Below are positions 62,852-64,000 of a stretch of 64,000 nucleotides of DNA, piece by piece. The position numbers and the translations under genes are program-made. Source of the DNA: Tubiluchus corallicola. Lineage: Eukaryota > Animalia > Priapulida. The stretch is taken from positions 18,952-82,951 of the forward strand of contig JAQGDQ010000894.1 of assembly GCA_030141605.1 (NCBI GenBank), given 5' to 3'. The notes below the pieces were generated by a model, which did no database searches, was not told the DNA's origin, and was given only the letters and a program-made list of their open reading frames with translations. Every line of letters begins with the position of its first letter. The first letter of the stretch is position 1.

Positions 62852-63808
62852 CTATAGTTTTATATTTTTAAAAACTTGTATGTTATAATAGTTGGGGTTG
62901 TCAAAATCTTTAAACTCATCATAGTGGGTCACTAGATCTTTTACAATGGCATCTACAAAATGAGTGGGACTAAAATTTAATGTTTTTTGAGCTTTCTTGA
63001 TATCAACTTTATAGTTTCTAAAATCTTTTACGTTTTTTACATCGTACTCTACTTTTACACCCATTTCTTTTTTCAATTTTTCTCCCACAATTTTTGCCGT
63101 TTCTCCCACTGTATAGTTTTTAGTAGCAATATTAAACACCCCAGATACATTATTATTTGCCTCTATTGCTTTAATGTAGGCATCTGTAACATCTTCTACG
63201 CTCACAATGGGCCTCCAAATAGATGGGTTATTAATGGTAATTACTCCATTCTGAATGGCTGACTTAAACATTGTGTTTACAATAAGGTCTAGCCTCATTC
63301 TTGGACTATAGCCCGAAACTGTACCCTGCCTAAATGCTATTACAGAAAAATCACTATCTATAAGCGGTACTATGCCTTGCTCCCCTTGTAGCTTAGAAAG
63401 ACCATATGGATAATCAGAAACCGTTGGGGACTCTTCGCTATAAAGTTCATTAACCGTATAGCCATAAACAGAGCAAGAGCCAGCGTAAATAAATCTTTTT
63501 ACTCTTGCTTGTTTGCATATGTAGGCAAAATAGAGAGGCGCTGCTGCATTATAAATAAAATTTTTGGAGGGGGAAAATTCCGCCATTGGGTCATTAGACA
63601 ATCCTCCTAAAAATATTGCTTGATCAAATCCTTCAACATCCTCTACATTTAAATCAAAAATATCTTTTTTATCAACTGGAACACCGCTGGGCAAGTTGTT
63701 GCCAAACCACAACAAATCTACTACCTTTATTTCATGTTTTTTTGAAATGAGCTTAGACACCAATGCGCTTCCAATGTAGCCCGCTCCTCCTACTATCAAA
63801 ATTTTCAT
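62852..63808 (-). CDS. NAD-dependent epimerase/dehydratase (extended SDR), 318 aa
   Basis: GGAGYIG Rossmann motif, SCSVYG, YGLSK catalytic YxxxK, R.GTV.GYSPRMRLDL.VN. Confidence 0.92.
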   Translation of the reverse strand: MKILIVGGAGYIGSALVSKLISKKHEIKVVDLLWFGNNLPSGVPVDKKDIFDLNVEDVEGFDQAIFLGGLSNDPMAEFSPSKNFIYNAAAPLYFAYICKQARVKRFIYAGSCSVYGYTVNELYSEESPTVSDYPYGLSKLQGEQGIVPLIDSDFSVIAFRQGTVSGYSPRMRLDLIVNTMFKSAIQNGVITINNPSIWRPIVSVEDVTDAYIKAIEANNNVSGVFNIATKNYTVGETAKIVGEKLKKEMGVKVEYDVKNVKDFRNYKVDIKKAQKTLNFSPTHFVDAIVKDLVTHYDEFKDFDNPNYYNIQVFKNIKL

Positions 63809-63831
63809 AATAAATATATTTTATAAATAGT

Positions 63832-64000
63832 TTAAATCTTAAAGCTCTCTGATTCACTCCTTTGTAGCCATTGAGCCAATGACTGTGCGTTTTTATCCTT
63901 TTCAGATAAAATAGGGTTATTAACAGGCCATGCTATGTTTATTGCAGGGTCATTCCAACAGATTCCTGATTCTGCTTTACTATTATACGTTGCTGTACAA
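63832..64000 (-). CDS. rfbC: 3' part of inverted rfbC copy
   Basis: Reverse complement of 62186-62354. Confidence 0.85.
   Translation of the reverse strand, partial: CTATYNSKAESGICWNDPAINIAWPVNNPILSEKDKNAQSLAQWLQRSESESFKI

Larger units (their letters stand above)
62186..64000. repeat. Apparently perfect inverted duplication (62186-62820 vs 63366-64000), 545-bp spacer
   Basis: Position n pairs with 126186-n (e.g. ATG 62378 / 63808); no mismatch seen; runs off the window end. Confidence 0.97.

Noticed and set aside
62378-62857. Genuine second epimerase paralog with a novel hydrophobic C-terminus
   Set aside because: Identical copy created by the inversion; the tail PIITIFIILYL is antisense read-through.

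Overview
The window has two sharply different parts. Positions 1-~56820 are AT-rich, intron-containing animal (invertebrate-type) DNA. They carry a tandem cluster of three + strand genes built from phase-1 single-EGF exons encoding secreted, very Tyr-rich EGF-repeat proteins. They also carry two intronless - strand signalling genes (an NCS-1/frequenin-like calcium sensor and a PKA type-I regulatory subunit lacking its dimerisation/docking domain), a fourth secreted single-EGF gene with an RGG tail, and many MITEs, satellites, microsatellites and LINE remnants. At a (TA)n(TG)n microsatellite (~56821) the sequence switches abruptly to gene-dense, intronless Bacteroidetes-like DNA: truncated dapF, DUF58, LEA_2, VanZ, acetyl-CoA hydrolase/transferase, lhgO, rfbC and an NAD-dependent epimerase. 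This block ends in an apparently perfect 635-bp fold-back inversion. It is either a chimeric/contaminant join (favoured) or a very recent symbiont-to-host insertion. All calls were made by eye, without database searches.
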